From Eledone cirrhosa (taxonomy: Eukaryota): a stretch of 64,000 bases of DNA. Position 1 is the stretch's first letter. The number at the start of each line of letters is the position of its first letter. Shown here piece by piece: positions 38,996 through 52,766 of this stretch. The position numbers and the translations under genes were made by a program. The DNA lies in contig OZ024741.1 in NCBI GenBank assembly GCA_964016885.1, forward strand, positions 285,944,001 through 286,008,000. The letters run 5' to 3'. The notes under the pieces are model-generated. The model was given only the letters and a program-made list of their open reading frames with translations. It was not told where the DNA came from and did no database searches.

Positions 38996-39252
38996 ACATT
39001 TATTTTTATCGTTGTCGAAAATTATAGAATGGAAGATATTAATCATAAATCTTCAACAATGAAACACTGAGTGAAATCATCTCTGTAGCTCATGCAGACA
39101 TATTTGCCAATGTGTTTTAATTCATCACTCTTTGTCTCTGACTCTGTCTCACTCTTTCTATCTCGCTCTCTTTATGTACATATATATATATGTGTGTGTG
39201 TGTGTGTATGTGTGTATGTGTGTGTCTGCCTGTCTGTCTGTGTATGTATGCA

Positions 39253-39303
<51 letters not shown>

Positions 39304-39869
39304 GTATGTATTTATATATACATGTATAAACACACACATATACTTATATATGTGTGTGTGTGTATGTGTGTGTGTATGTGTGTGTGTGTGTGTGCGTGTG
39401 TGTGCGTGTGTGTGCGTGTGTGTGAGTAAATTATGTATGTACAGTATTTTCGCATATGAATGCGCATGAAACATTATTGGTCTACATCAACAAATTCTTA
39501 ACAACATGAAACTCCTTAAAAGCTGTAATTAATAAATACAATGGAAAGTGGAATACAGAACTATGGCACCATATTTGAAGACCCAACAACAGCATTGAGC
39601 CATGGATTTATTTCGATAACATTTGGCAATAACCCTAGTTATGGGATTATTTCTTAGACTCTGCTCGCAACGAAAATTCCAAAACTGTTCAATGTGTTAT
39701 TTGCAAAAATATCGTTCTATATTAACTCAATATAATTCTCTGTGTTAGTGTGTGCTTGTGTTATTGAGTGCATATGTATTGTGCATGTATTTATGACTTT
39801 ATTTGTGAATAGATGTATATGAATTTAACTAGAAATAAATGCATTTTGCCTCTTTGAATGATAATATGT

Positions 39870-39973
<104 letters not shown>

Positions 39974-40144
39974 TGGTGCATCGATCCGGGACCTGAAAAC
40001 TCCAATTTCCTACCCACACGAAGCTGCTTTTCACTCTGATTAGTGTGGATTAGTGTGGCCAGCGTTTGTTTCCGTGAGTTACTGTCCGTGAAACATCGCT
40101 AATTTGCATATGGTTGCATTTGTTCTCCGAGCATTATTACTCTA

Positions 40145-41170
40145 CTAGCCGAATTACCCGCACCTTGCTGCGTTTCACACATTTCTTTTGTAAGAAAATG
40201 ATGATTGATTTTAAATCAGTAATATAATTTATGGAGAAAATCTCTGCAATTCAACATTACTCAATGTAAATCGTAATGCGTGAAAAATTGGAAAACATTA
40301 TTTTTTGTAATATATCAAATCAAAATTACATTATTAAATCTTATTCTTATTTTGTTTCTTGTAAATAATCTTTTTCGAAATATCAATTCAAAACTTGATG
40401 ATTTAATTTTTGTGTAAAGCATTATTTTCAAATTAGAAATTCAAAGTTTAATTATTTATTTTTACACATAATAAATACATGAAAATGTATTTCATACTTT
40501 GTCCAAAAGAAGAATTTCAGGGTAAACAACATTTCTTGATTGGCTAAAATGTAGAGATTTTTTGAAATTCTAGTCCTTGAAACAGCCACGACTGAAAGAT
40601 GGATTTGTCAGATCTATATCAATATTTTTGAAAGTTTGACTTTGCCTCTTATTGGCAAAGCATGGCCTCGCTGGCAACTGCAGCCTCTTAAATGTAAAAG
40701 GCAACTCGCTATCACTTGGTATAAGTGAAATCCTCGGAATGAGAAGAGCTTGACCTTTGTAAGCCCCGAATATAATGGTTGCTTCAATCAAGTTCTCATG
40801 CAATCTTCTTACAACACATCTTGTTCGATTTATTGGCCAACATTTTCCCTATAGGGGTTTTAATCTCCATTAGGGTATCTTAATATAATTGAAATTTGCT
40901 GAAATTTTGCGAATAGGCATCATATGTTGTCATTTACCTATGGTTAAAATTTCATAGAAATCGAATGGAAAATATTTTCAGCGGGGGTTTGTGACCCCGG
41001 TGAACCCCTTGATTGAAATGAAATATACTTATACAAGTACCCTGGGCAATGTCGTTTCAGAATATATATGGTTATGGGGGGGGGTCTATCTCCAAAATTA
41101 TAGGAGGAGTTCGTGAACAAACAAACAAACAAACAATCAGACAGGAACTACAACTTTATATATAGAGAGA
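40145..41170 (-). mobile_element. Non-autonomous Helitron with PIF1-helicase remnant
   Basis: Minus strand A|TC...GC-rich subterminal...CTAG|T. 40570-40803 reads NLIEATIIFG..KG..LLIPRISLIPSDSELPFTFKRLQLP, the Helitron helicase C-terminus. Confidence 0.88.
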
Positions 41171-41511
41171 TTACTCAATTAAGTGTTCTAGCCGAATGAG
41201 GTCATGCTGGGGCAACGCCAATTATGTTATGACTTAATACATATAAAGTTTAATCATGCCGATTTCTCAAACATTTCTTAGACAACCTCCGCACAACCGA
41301 AGACACACAGACACACACAAACCAATATGCACTGAGACGTACACAAAGAAACACACATTAAAATAAAAATCAACAATATTTTAAGGGTCAACGAAAAATA
41401 ATTTTGCAGTTTTATTATTATTTACTTAGACAAGCAGGAATACTGTAAATGAGTTAGTTACTTCACACTAATATCTGCAGGGTGGTCTGAAAGTCTTGTC
41501 ACCCCTTGTCA

Positions 41512-41680
41512 CTGGCAGTATCGGTAGAGGGTCGGACGCCATGCTTTCCAGCATAGTTACGTCCCTTTACGATCTGAGTTCAAATCCCGCCGAGGTTGAC
41601 TTTGCCTTTCATCCTTACAGGGTCGATAAAATAAAGTACCAGTAATGCACTGGGCTTGTGCCTAAAGTAGAAACAATTAT
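41512..41680 (+). mobile_element. SINE family A copy
   Basis: Near-identical to 2993-3170. Confidence 0.85.
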
Positions 41681-41719
41681 TTTAACTTTCATATTTTTTT
41701 GTTTTAAAAATATAATATA

Positions 41720-42100
41720 CTAGCAGATTTGCCCGGCGTTGCCCGGGATTTGAAATGCAACACAGAATAAACAAGAAACAAACGATGATATTAGTGATTT
41801 ATCTTCAAATGAATCTGATGTTTATATTTCTGTCAATAAAGTTGGTTATCTCCCTTTTTTATAAGGATTGTCAATAAAGTTGGTTATCTCCTTTACATCA
41901 ATTTTGCTACCGATAATTTTGATATCGACTTTTTATTGCTCAACGTGGATCGATTTGAAAAATGTTTGTGATGCGACCATCTTAGCGACCTGTGCAACGT
42001 GCACAGAAAATTTGGTCAAATTCGGTTGGTAATTGTAAAAGCCTTAGGTATCCAATGTTGTACACAAACACACACATCCTGCTTTTATATATATAGAAGA
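41720..42100 (-). mobile_element. Small non-autonomous Helitron
   Basis: Minus strand A|TCttctatatatataaaag...cccgggcaacgccgggc hairpin...CTAG|T. Confidence 0.85.
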
Positions 42101-42124
42101 TATTAATTATAATATAAAATAATA

Positions 42125-42228
42125 ATTGTTTCTACTTTTGGCACAAGGCCAGCAATTACCCAGTACATTATTAGTACTTTATTTTATCGAATCCGTAAGG
42201 ATGAAAGGCAAAGTTAACCTCGGCGGGA
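42125..42228 (-). mobile_element. Partial SINE family A copy
   Basis: Homology to the SINE body. Confidence 0.75.
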
Positions 42229-43711
42229 TAATATATAATAATAATAATATAATGTTCTGTTTCAGAGCTCCTACAGTTTGGAAGAGAGGTTGCATTCTGA
42301 CAAGAGCATGGAGGATGTGCGACATTACTTCACGGCAAGATTCGGCAAACCAGCTCCTCCGAAAAGGACGATACTGCGAGGGGAGCATAACCTGATTCTC
42401 ATTACTGTTTGAAAGGGGGTGACAAGACTTTAGGACCACCCTGTACAATATTATATTATTCACATTATAGATATAATGTGAGTGATAGGCGGTGAAAAAT
42501 GAAAGCCTTTAGTTTAAATCAAGCCAAAATCAAGATTGCTTTTCATACTTTGATTCTTATACTGGAGTTTGATTCTTCTCTATACTTCTTTCCCACTTTC
42601 TCTCACTCATTTAACGAAATACGAGTCAATTAAACGATAAGCAGTATATGTATGCAAATAAGACCGTTGATTGTTATAACCAGTAAAGAAAACACAGTCA
42701 CAAGATCAAAGCAAATTTCGAACCCACGACAAAATATACCCCCACCCCCCATACCCCCCCAAAATAGTACAATGACATAATAGTTTCTTATAAGGAAATA
42801 GTATAATCACATAATATTGACCGAAAGGAAGCTATTTTACTAGGAAAATGTGTACGGCGTGTTGCCTGTGTCTCCACATTATAGAATAATTATACAATTT
42901 CAGAGTGAGGGAGAAAATCTTATGCGAATAATCTATTTTCTTTGTAAGGTATTTTATGTGATTTCTCAATAATCCTTATGAAGTATATACGATGAATTGA
43001 TATCATATATCAGCCACACATAATGAATTCTTTCACAAAATACGGACAACACATTGCCGTGTAATATTTAGTGATTGAATTAAACATGACCTTTAACAGA
43101 ACACTAATGTTTGTTTTTATTAAAAGCATATGGATGAAATGCAGAACTAAACCTGACAAAAGGAAAAGGTCATTTGGTACAGCACACTATCATTTCTGAG
43201 AGTCTAACATTGTAAAAGCTTTCATAAAATATCTAGTTTTATATGCAATGGTTGTTGGAGTAGGGTATGCCTCTGCGTAAAAATGTTCTCTTGGCAACCA
43301 ATTACAAGTTCACTGTCTCCAGTGGACTAATAAATTTTCAGTGGAATCAGATAAGCGGAAGGCTGATATAACGCATATCCATATATATGTATATACAACT
43401 GTATATATGTGTGTACGTGTGCGTATATATACGCACACATATACACATATATACATTCGTATAGACATATATACACCCACACATATTCACATACATACAT
43501 AGATGCATAAATGCCTATACATAAATATACATATACACACACACATATAACTACGAATTAAAAATTCGGTTCATTAGATACAGAAGTCTAAAGTGGCTAA
43601 CAAATAAAAGGATATAAAAATGTATGTGACTATTATTGAAGGTATTATTAAATACTCAAGGGCAGTGAATTGGCAGTATCGGTAGAGGGTTCTTTCTTTC
43701 TTCTTTTTTTA

Positions 43712-44160
43712 TTCTCTGACGGAGAGGTGGTAGTGCATTATAAGCCTTCGCCCCCTCACCAGATGGTCATTAGTGAACCGAGTTGCCATCACTTGAGGAC
43801 GACTGACCGAGGTGAAAGAAGCTAGTTGGTCAGTCGTCCTCTCTGTCTCTGATTTAGGACCCATGGATTTTATATATTCCTTTGTTACATTTCGAATACC
43901 TGATGATATCACCGGATCCATACGGAACCCGGTCATTGAAGTGATCATAGTATAATATACTTTTCAAGGATTTACACCAGTCCAGCCTCCTGTTATTTTA
44001 TTTATAATAATTAACTCCGTATTAGCACCACCAACTACACAAACGAAGACGGGTGAACTACACTACGTTGAGTACTCTCCATAAGATTACATCAAGATTG
44101 ACCATACGGAATGACCAATTCTATCCAGTGGTGAACCAACAAACCTAAATAAATAAATAT
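43712..44160 (+). mobile_element. Longer copy of the 3697-4010 hammerhead element (motif 43896-43953)
   Basis: atac CTGATGA ... GAAG tgatc ATA gtat. Stem I is perfect, A15.1 is changed to G. Confidence 0.75.
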
Positions 44161-44303
44161 ATATATATATATGTCGCGACACTGGCGCACGGAACAGTGT
44201 GGCCACTGTCGCCATTGAAATATATATCACAGCATTATTATTAAAGGACTTGAACATCTGAAATTACTTCGCTTTTCCTTATTCGATTATATATATATAC
44301 ATA

Positions 44304-45847
44304 TTGGATTGATAATGTTTTCGAAAAAACTAATTAACCCGCGTGTATATTATTATTTTTTTCCTCCTTTCGTGGATCGTAGTTGTCTCCCCTTCCCGCT
44401 TCGTGTCGCTATGATACTTCCTCGGTCAAGAACTGCTGGAATTTCAAATTTGGCGGTCATTTGATGCGAGAAGGAGCAACTTAACAGACATGATTTTTGA
44501 CTGCGGTAATAATTTCTTTCTTATTACAAAGTTTAATGGGCTTACACTGATGATTTATAAACGCCCACCTAAATATATTCTTATATGAATATATATTAGG
44601 CTTCTACATAAACTGGAAATATTCTCCCAACTTGTAGAAAACTTATAATGAAACAATTATTTGGAAAGAGAGATGTATTTTAACTTTAATTATATCTCAT
44701 AAAATAATACAACTGGTTTTTCCACATTATACATATTTGTTAGCACCCCAAACACTTAAATTGGGTTTATATTTAAATATAACCTAATGTTTGTTGAGTG
44801 AGATGGATACCAGTCAGAGTTTAGTTTTAAACTATCTCTGTTATTGTATTAAATATTTACTCTTGATTGGCCAGAGGTGTTTATTTCCAGGTACCTTATG
44901 AAATTGACTTTCCGTATTTATTACTGTTGTGAAATGTTGTGGGTTTTTTTGGTTGTAACTTCTCTGTTTTTTAGACGAAGAAAATATATATATGCCTATG
45001 TATATAATTACATGCATACATTTATTTTCTTTAATTAATTGAGTTCTTTACACGAGGAATTGATATTAGTTTTGAAATGACTAATTAACCCGCGTGTGTT
45101 TTATATTTTACTCTTAATTCGGCCGGAGATTTACATTCCCATTTGCCCTTTAAAGCATGACTTTCTGCATTTACTGCGGTTATGAGATGCGGTTCTTATT
45201 CGGGTACAACTTCTGATTTTAGCCTAAGAAAATATCTATATGCGTGTGTAATTTATACACGCATATATTTATTTTTTTTATTTTCAATTGAGTTCTTAAC
45301 ACGTTGGATTGATAATGTTTTCGAAAAAACTAATTAACCCGCGTGTATATTATTATTTTTTTCCTCCTTTCGTGGATCGTAGTTGTCTCCCCTTCCCGCT
45401 TCGTGTCGCTATGATACTTCCTCAGTCAAGAACTGCTGGAATTTCAAATTTGGCGGTCATTTGATGCGAGAAGCAGAAACTTAACAGACATGATTTTTGA
45501 CTGCGGTAAGAATTTCTTTCTTATATCAAAGTTTAATGGGCTTCCACTGATGATTTATAAGCGCCCACCTAAATATATTCTTATATGAATATATATTAGG
45601 CTTCTACATAAACTGGATATATTCTCCCAACTTGTAGAAAACTTATAATGAAACAATTGTTTGGAAAGAGAGATGTATTTTAACTTTAATTATATCTCAT
45701 AAAATAATACAACTGGTTTTTCCACATTATACATATTGTTAGCACCCCAAACACTTAAATTGGGTTTATATTTAAATATAACCTAATGTTTGTTGAGTGA
45801 GATGGATACTAGTCAGAGTTTATCTTTAAACTATCTCTGTTATTGTA

Positions 45848-45849
<2 letters not shown>
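44304..45849 (+). mobile_element. 1.55-mer of a 1000-bp non-coding unit with two hammerheads, between TA tracts
   Basis: 44304-44850 repeats at 45304-45849. CTGATGA at 44547 and 45547. Confidence 0.85.
45542..45666 (+). ncRNA. Type I hammerhead with large branched stem II; decayed copy at 44542-44666
   Basis: ttcca CTGATGA t ttataag [two internal hairpins] cttataa t GAAA caatt GTT tggaa. Palindromic ACAATTGT stem III. Confidence 0.75.
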
Positions 45850-45920
<71 letters not shown>

Positions 45921-46144
45921 AAGAGAGAGAGAGCTAGAGAGAAATATATGTGTATGCCTCGGTGTGCGTATACTTCGTATCTTTATATTCATATAAAGAT
46001 AAGCATATCTGTTCAAGATTCGTGTATTTGTACGCCTAAACTTAAAGATACATCCAAGTTCAGAACGTCGACGAAGGCGGAAGTGCACATAATATAACAA
46101 CAAATAAATTAATAAAAGCTATCGCCACAGTGTGGGAATCGCAT

Positions 46145-46408
46145 ACTATAAATGAATTATGTTGATTGTAGATTTAATCAGGGTTTTAATATTCAATGAA
46201 ATTAAATAAATGGAAACTATATTTATAAAACCATATTTATTTTATTATATATATTTTAATGGTACCAAGACATATTGGTACGCTTTCATCAGATAAATAC
46301 AAAGTTTGTTTTATAAATAGCGACATACCCATGAAAATCATACCTTATCGGTTGAATATTCACTGGATAGTCAGTGAATATTCAACCGATAAGGTATGAT
46401 TTATTACT
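46145..46408 (-). mobile_element. Hammerhead element (46241-46297, G12A) with a perfect 5' fold-back hairpin
   Basis: Minus strand: tttat CTGATGA aagc gtaccaa tatgtc ttggtac catt AAAA tatat ATA ataaa. ~31-bp perfect inverted repeat at 46335-46403. Confidence 0.7.
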
Positions 46409-46413
46409 ATATA

Positions 46414-46502
<89 letters not shown>

Positions 46503-46504
<2 letters not shown>

Positions 46505-46773
46505 CGAAGGAAGTGTGGTAAGGAACCAGGTGGACCATAACGCACCAGAGTACTCGATACCTATGGTAGTACAGTGGGTCGTGACTCTTTTCCTATATAT
46601 ATATATATATAGGAACCAGTAAGACCCCGACGGCTGAGCTCAAGCCGTTTCGACGGCTAATTCGAGCTCAGCCGTCGGGGTCTTACTGGTTCCTATTATC
46701 CACTCCACTACCCTAAGTATTGAGTACTTTGGTGCGTTATGGTCCACCTGGTTCCTTACCACATTTCCTTCGT

Positions 46774-46775
<2 letters not shown>
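46503..46775 (+). mobile_element. Short fold-back fragments of the 8617-9903 family
   Basis: Inverted tail at 46503-46580, then hairpin 46611-46694 plus tail. Confidence 0.8.
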
Positions 46776-46810
<35 letters not shown>

Positions 46811-47247
46811 GCATATATAAATATACATACATGTGTTTATGTATGTGTATATATATGTGTATGTGTGTATGTGTGAACATATGCATATAGGGAAAAGCAG
46901 GGTGGGCGGTGAGATTAGAAAGAAATTCGAAGAGCCATATCATGAAATATGTAGATAAACAATAATATAGATAATTGTCTACAGCGATATTCACTGGATG
47001 TTTTAAACATTAATTATCTTAATTACCCGATATAAACCGTACGAGACTTTGGCATAAATTTTAATGAGATTATTAATGTGGATAAACTGTGTACTTATAC
47101 TATTTCTTATATATATTTTTGCTCTTGTTTGCTCTTAACATGTACCAGAGGAATATATTCCTCGGAACAGTAAATTGGCCATCCCCTATTGTGTCATACA
47201 TACATACCAAATGTATAAAGACAGCTAATCATATAAATATGGTGTAG

Positions 47248-47336
<89 letters not shown>

Positions 47337-47507
47337 TGTGGTGTGGTGTGGTGTGGTGTGGTGTGGTGTGGTGTGGTGTGCGGTGTGTGGTGTGTGTGTG
47401 CGGTGTGTGTGTGCGGTGTGTGTGTGCGGTGTGTGTGTGCGGTGTGTGCGGTGTGTGTGGTGTGTGTGGTGTGTGTGGTGTGTGTGTGAGTATATTATAA
47501 TGCATGC

Positions 47508-47539
<32 letters not shown>

Positions 47540-48985
47540 GCGTGTCTGTGTGTGTATTAACGCTGGTTAACCTAAGAAGCATTGTGGAAATTTGAAATGT
47601 AGTCGTCCTAACGCAGAAATGATCTAATAATCAATCATTATGAATAGCAATGCAGAAAATCGGGCAAAGTATTCCAGTGAACCGAGATTAGTGGACAGAG
47701 GTGCCTGAGTTGATCGATAGATGAAATAAATATTACTTTTTCAAAGAACTGTAACTGTGTCACTTTCTTAGAGCTCTGAAAGCACTACTACACAATGGTG
47801 TTGACAGAGGCTCCAGATGAAGAAGAGAGTTTAGAGATTAAATGAAAATGTGAAACTGAAACGTTTTACTGATGCTGTGGATTTTTCATTAAACGACTAT
47901 TGAGAAAGGAAGAAAGGGGGAGGGAGAGGATATTGGAATAAAGAGATGTGTGAGAGGAGGAATACCATATGGTGGAATGTAGATAGATTCATCCAGCAGC
48001 TGCTGTAATGTTCAATAAAAAGATTGATTTGGAAAACTGTAAATTATTATCTTTACAAGCTTTAGATTAGCGACTATAAAATGCAAATGAGAGATGATTT
48101 ATTTAATAGATTATCATAACAAATTCGGAATCCATTTGTAAAAATCGTCATCTAGGGACAGCATTTGTAAAACATTAAATATACTTACATATATAAACAT
48201 ATATAAACATATATAAAGAGATAAACACATGAAAACTATAAACAAATGAAAATATTATACAAATAATTAATAAAATATGTGTGTAATAAATATCCCCTAG
48301 CAGGTCATAATCCTTGACAAATAAACAAATACATAATTTTTTTTCTGAATTCCTTAAGATATTATTATCAATTTCTATCATATGGAGACACTATAACGTA
48401 AAATAACTTTATTAACCAATACAAACTACATCTTTTTTTATCATGACTATTTTAACAGGTTTCTTCCAGCCATGTTATTAAGAAATTAATGCTGAAAATA
48501 TAAAGGTTCATAGATGGCATTCATCGGAGCATTGTCCCATCTTCAATCTACATCACTACACTGTCTGTACTGTCTGTTCGAAATCAGATACTGCTTATTT
48601 AACATGGCAAATCGAAATACACCAACTTTAGAGTATATTTAGTTCTCTTGCAGTTGTACTTACTCAGTCTCCGTTGTTGATTCCATAATCAAAGAAGAGG
48701 TTTTAACAACTGCCGCATTTAACTATTAATTTAAACCTAACTATAATTCTATGTAGATCATTAACCGATACATCTTCACTAAATGGATCCAAGTACGTCA
48801 GTTTGGTTTGGTCTACAATTGGTTCTAAACACTATAATTGTTTCTACATTCGGCACAAGGCCAGCAATTATCTGGTGCTTTACTGGGCTTTAAACAGTAT
48901 AAAAATATTAATCCCGCCTCACCAAAAAAGCACACATTCAGTGTTGACCACAACTCACTCTACTATTTGCTTTATGTATTCACCA

Positions 48986-49050
48986 AATGAAATAATGTAT
49001 AAAAATGAAATAATGTATAAAAATGAAATAATGTATAAAAATGAAATAAT
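48986..49050. repeat. 18-bp tandem repeat (aatgaaataatgtataaa) x3.5
   Basis: Direct reading. Confidence 0.9.
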
Positions 49051-49160
49051 AATTTTTAGACTTATAGAGTGACATTTGGTACACCATATATATAAATGTA
49101 TTTTGAGTCAAACTTAGAAATCATATCATTCATGCTGTCGTTTTGTTTGTGTGTGTATGA

Positions 49161-49214
<54 letters not shown>

Positions 49215-49967
49215 TTTTGTGTGTGTATGTGTGTGTGTGTCGCATGAACCATAATAGCATAAATTTCAAATTCATTATATTTAGTTGATATCTTTATTAT
49301 TTATTTATAATTTTGATAATATTAGACATGGCGAGATTACAGTACTGCACCACATAAAATAGCCTTCACTATTATGTGCAAAGTGTACTCCTCAATTAGG
49401 CAGACATGGTATACCCAGTGCCCTAGATTAGAGGAGTGAATATTCTCTGTTGACCAACTATCTAGTTGTTACGGACCCGGAAGAGAGAACTTAGCGGAAC
49501 TACGCAACACAGTTGGAAATAACATTGATAATAATTTGAGTCTCTAAGTGTCAATCTATATGAAAATTTATTAATCCAGTGATATTTACTCACATTTCAT
49601 TAATCATTATAATAAAACCAATAGTCATTCAATGAAAGTATATGCCTTGATTTTATGCCAGTTGGTATTAAGAGAAGTGCGTTTACGTAATTATATGGCT
49701 AAATCTAATATGTATAATTTATAATATGCTTCACGGGGCTTACGTTCATAGTAAATATTTGCGATATGAATGAAAGAATATATGCAGTTCTATGTATATG
49801 AATTAAAAACATCTGTATATCATCAGGAAAAACGAACAGCGTGAGTGCCAACTTATATTATGTTATATCGGTCTGAAGAATAAATTATTGTAAATTTTTT
49901 TTAAGAGACTTCCGAATCAGAAAGCATTTATAACACTTTTCCGCGGCGATTCGATATCACAAGATAG

Positions 49968-50155
49968 TGATTTCTAATTTAGGCACAAGGCCAGCAAGTC
50001 TATGGAAAGGGCAATGATTAAACCAACTACTTGACTAGTAATTTGTTTCCGGAAAGATGAAATACAAAGTTGACCTCAGCAGGATTTGAACTCAGAGCGT
50101 AAAGGCCTGTGACTAAATCCTGCCAAGTCCAGTGCGCCAACGATTTTACTAATCC
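49968..50155 (-). mobile_element. Diverged SINE family A copy
   Basis: aggcacaaggccagcaa...aaagttgacctcagcaggatttgaactcaga. Confidence 0.7.
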
Positions 50156-50325
50156 GGCATTCTTGATAACATTTGGTATTAAGGAGAAGTGTTTAAGTTA
50201 TCATTTTCAAAAATTAGTAAATATTGGAACTGTGTTCTATTCCTCGTACATCATTTCCATACTGCTCTCAATTTTTTCAATGTGCAAATATTTTAAGCAT
50301 GCATATTAGAAATGCAGACGATGTA

Positions 50326-50641
50326 CAGTGGAACCACGATTCACGAATGCCTCTCGTCAAGAACAAATCGGTTCACGAACAATTTTTCCGAACGGTGTTT
50401 CGAGTGACGAACAGGTAAGCCGGCATCAACAGTTCGCGACCAGCTGGGAGTATCGGTGAGAAAGCGTTGCCTGCTGTGGAAGTTACTATGGTGATATCTA
50501 CCTGTTTCTCACACAATCTCTCTATATATCATTGTATTTCTCTCTCACCAATTAGTATGTGGGAAATAGTTTCGGTTGACGAACATTTCGGATGATGTAG
50601 GCTTTCAGAAACGAATTACGTTCGCGAACAATGTTCCATTG
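50326..50641. mobile_element. pogo/Tigger-like MITE
   Basis: TA-CAGTGGAAC...GTTCCATTG-TA termini with subterminal ttcacgaa repeats. Confidence 0.7.
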
Positions 50642-51621
50642 TATTTAGGTTGAGACGTTTTCTGTTTTGTTAGTCAGAGAATGATATCCTTCCGACATCG
50701 TGAGGGTATATACTTCATTGAGATGAACTAGATTCTGTTTTCCTTCGAAGTTCGGCAGAAAATATTATTGGAAATAGATAAATCGAGAAGCTTTGTCAGA
50801 TATATGTAATACTAACTATAGTGTTTAGTAAGGAATCTGGGAGGTCAAACATGATAATAGTGGAGGCAAAATGAGAACAGATGAGATTCCTGTATTAAAA
50901 GGTTGGATCGAATCGGCATTCATTGAACTTGCAACATATCTGAAGTATGTTAAAGTAAATATTTGTCTTCTCTCAGAAAGCAGAGCGGCGTTGTTGGTGA
51001 AAGATTACTCGGTCAATATCGACAGCGCTAGTCTGCTGGCTGTGAATCAGCCAAATATAATAAAGCGTATAGATAGCTATGAATGACCGTCATACTGTGT
51101 TACGAATACAAAGGCGCTGTGGATATTGATTTGTTGTTGGGGATTTTCTCGTTTTAGATTTAAACATAATCGTTCCAATTTGCCAATCTCCCAAACTTTC
51201 TACAGAGCTATGCCTCAGAAAATCAAAATAGAAATTAAAACAGAAAGATAAATATAAGTTATAGGAAAAAAAAAACATACAAACATAAATCGTATTTTTC
51301 CTTGGAGAGGAAAAAAAATTATGCATAATTTCTTGCCTGGAGTTATTAAATTGCGACAAGAGTGTGAGAAAGTGTTGCATTTTCTACGTTAGCTCCACCA
51401 ATCTCTATAAGTGTACAGACATTAAAATAATTAGGGGTACGTACAGGAACATACAGCAACATATATACATACAAACAAATATACAGATCAATATATCTCC
51501 CTATATATGCATATATTAATTTAGATATTAAATATATATATATGTGTGTTTGTGTGTAGGTATATAGATATATATTCCACGTTCATATAAATACACTTAT
51601 ATTTATATATATGTATATATA

Positions 51622-51670
<49 letters not shown>

Positions 51671-51775
51671 GTGTGTGTGTGTGTGTGTGTGTGTAAAAGT
51701 TATACAGAAATAACAACACAATCGGTACAATGGAAGGGATATATTAGGTTAACGCTTGATATAGCAGGAAGAGGG

Positions 51776-51811
51776 TCTTAAGGTTTCGGACGCTAGTCCT
51801 TCATCAGAAGA
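51776..51811 (-). ncRNA. Minimal hammerhead motif (decayed stem III)
   Basis: Minus strand: tctt CTGATGA a ggac tagc gtcc GAAA c CTT aaga. Confidence 0.65.
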
Positions 51812-51870
51812 AAGAAATGGAAATAAGATAGATTGAGGGGACGGGCGGGTTAGAATTGGAAATATATATA

Positions 51871-52560
51871 TCTAACACGAAGAAATACCTATGATTCCTA
51901 GCAGACAACTGACGATGGATATTGCTCTCTTTTGCCCGTAACTTTTATTTTCATTATACTTAATTGCAACCTCACAGCTCGCCATTTTATTCACATAGTT
52001 TCCTTCTCCGCTGTGACCCGTCTCTCTGCTCTCCCCTTGTTGCTATCTTCTCTCTCCCCCACCCTTCTCTCTCCTTCTCCCTCTTCTGCTAGTCACCTTC
52101 TCTCGGCTAGCCTGACACTATAACTATCTCTTTCTCGCTTCCTCTTATTTTCACTCACTCCCTCTCTGCTAGTCACCCTCTCTCCGCTAGCTTACTTCCT
52201 CCCTCGTCCGCACTATAAGCAGTCTCTTCTCTCGCTCACACAGCTACAGTGAAGACGTGTCTTTTTTTCTTGTCAAACCCGCAAGTACTTATGTTCGAAA
52301 TGAGTTGACTTGATTTTCCCTCTCTTTTCGTTGCTTCACCCTTCGTGTCTACATTTTTTCATCTATTTCTCCCCCCTATTTTATCCCAATAACTTATGCT
52401 AGTTAAGGTTCACCCTAGGCTGAGGTAGCTTGTCTCTAACGTGAAGAAATACCTATGATTCCTAGCAGACAACTGACGATGGACATTGCACTCTTTCGCC
52501 CGTAACTTTTATTTTCATTATACTAAATTTGCAACCACACAGCTCGCCATTTTATTCACA
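51871..52560. repeat. ~125-bp direct repeats 564 bp apart, next to TA tracts
   Basis: 51871-51995 matches 52435-52560. Confidence 0.85.
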
Positions 52561-52570
52561 CAAACACACA

Positions 52571-52671
<101 letters not shown>

Positions 52672-52705
52672 AGGTAATCAAAGTGTATATACATTTTGGG
52701 GAGAA

Positions 52706-52766
<61 letters not shown>

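Larger units (their letters stand above)
41478..42443 (+). mobile_element. Tc1/mariner-type deleted element with nested insertions
   Basis: ~28-bp TIRs cagggtggtctgaaagtcttgtcacccc / ggggtgacaagactttaggaccaccctg-TA. Transposase HTH remnant VRHYFTARFGKPAPPKRTIL at about 42310-42380. Confidence 0.75.

Noticed and set aside
44172-46140. CACAGTG/CACTGT-like Transib or RSS-type termini near 44195 and 46125
   Set aside because: Orientation and TSDs do not define a TIR pair.
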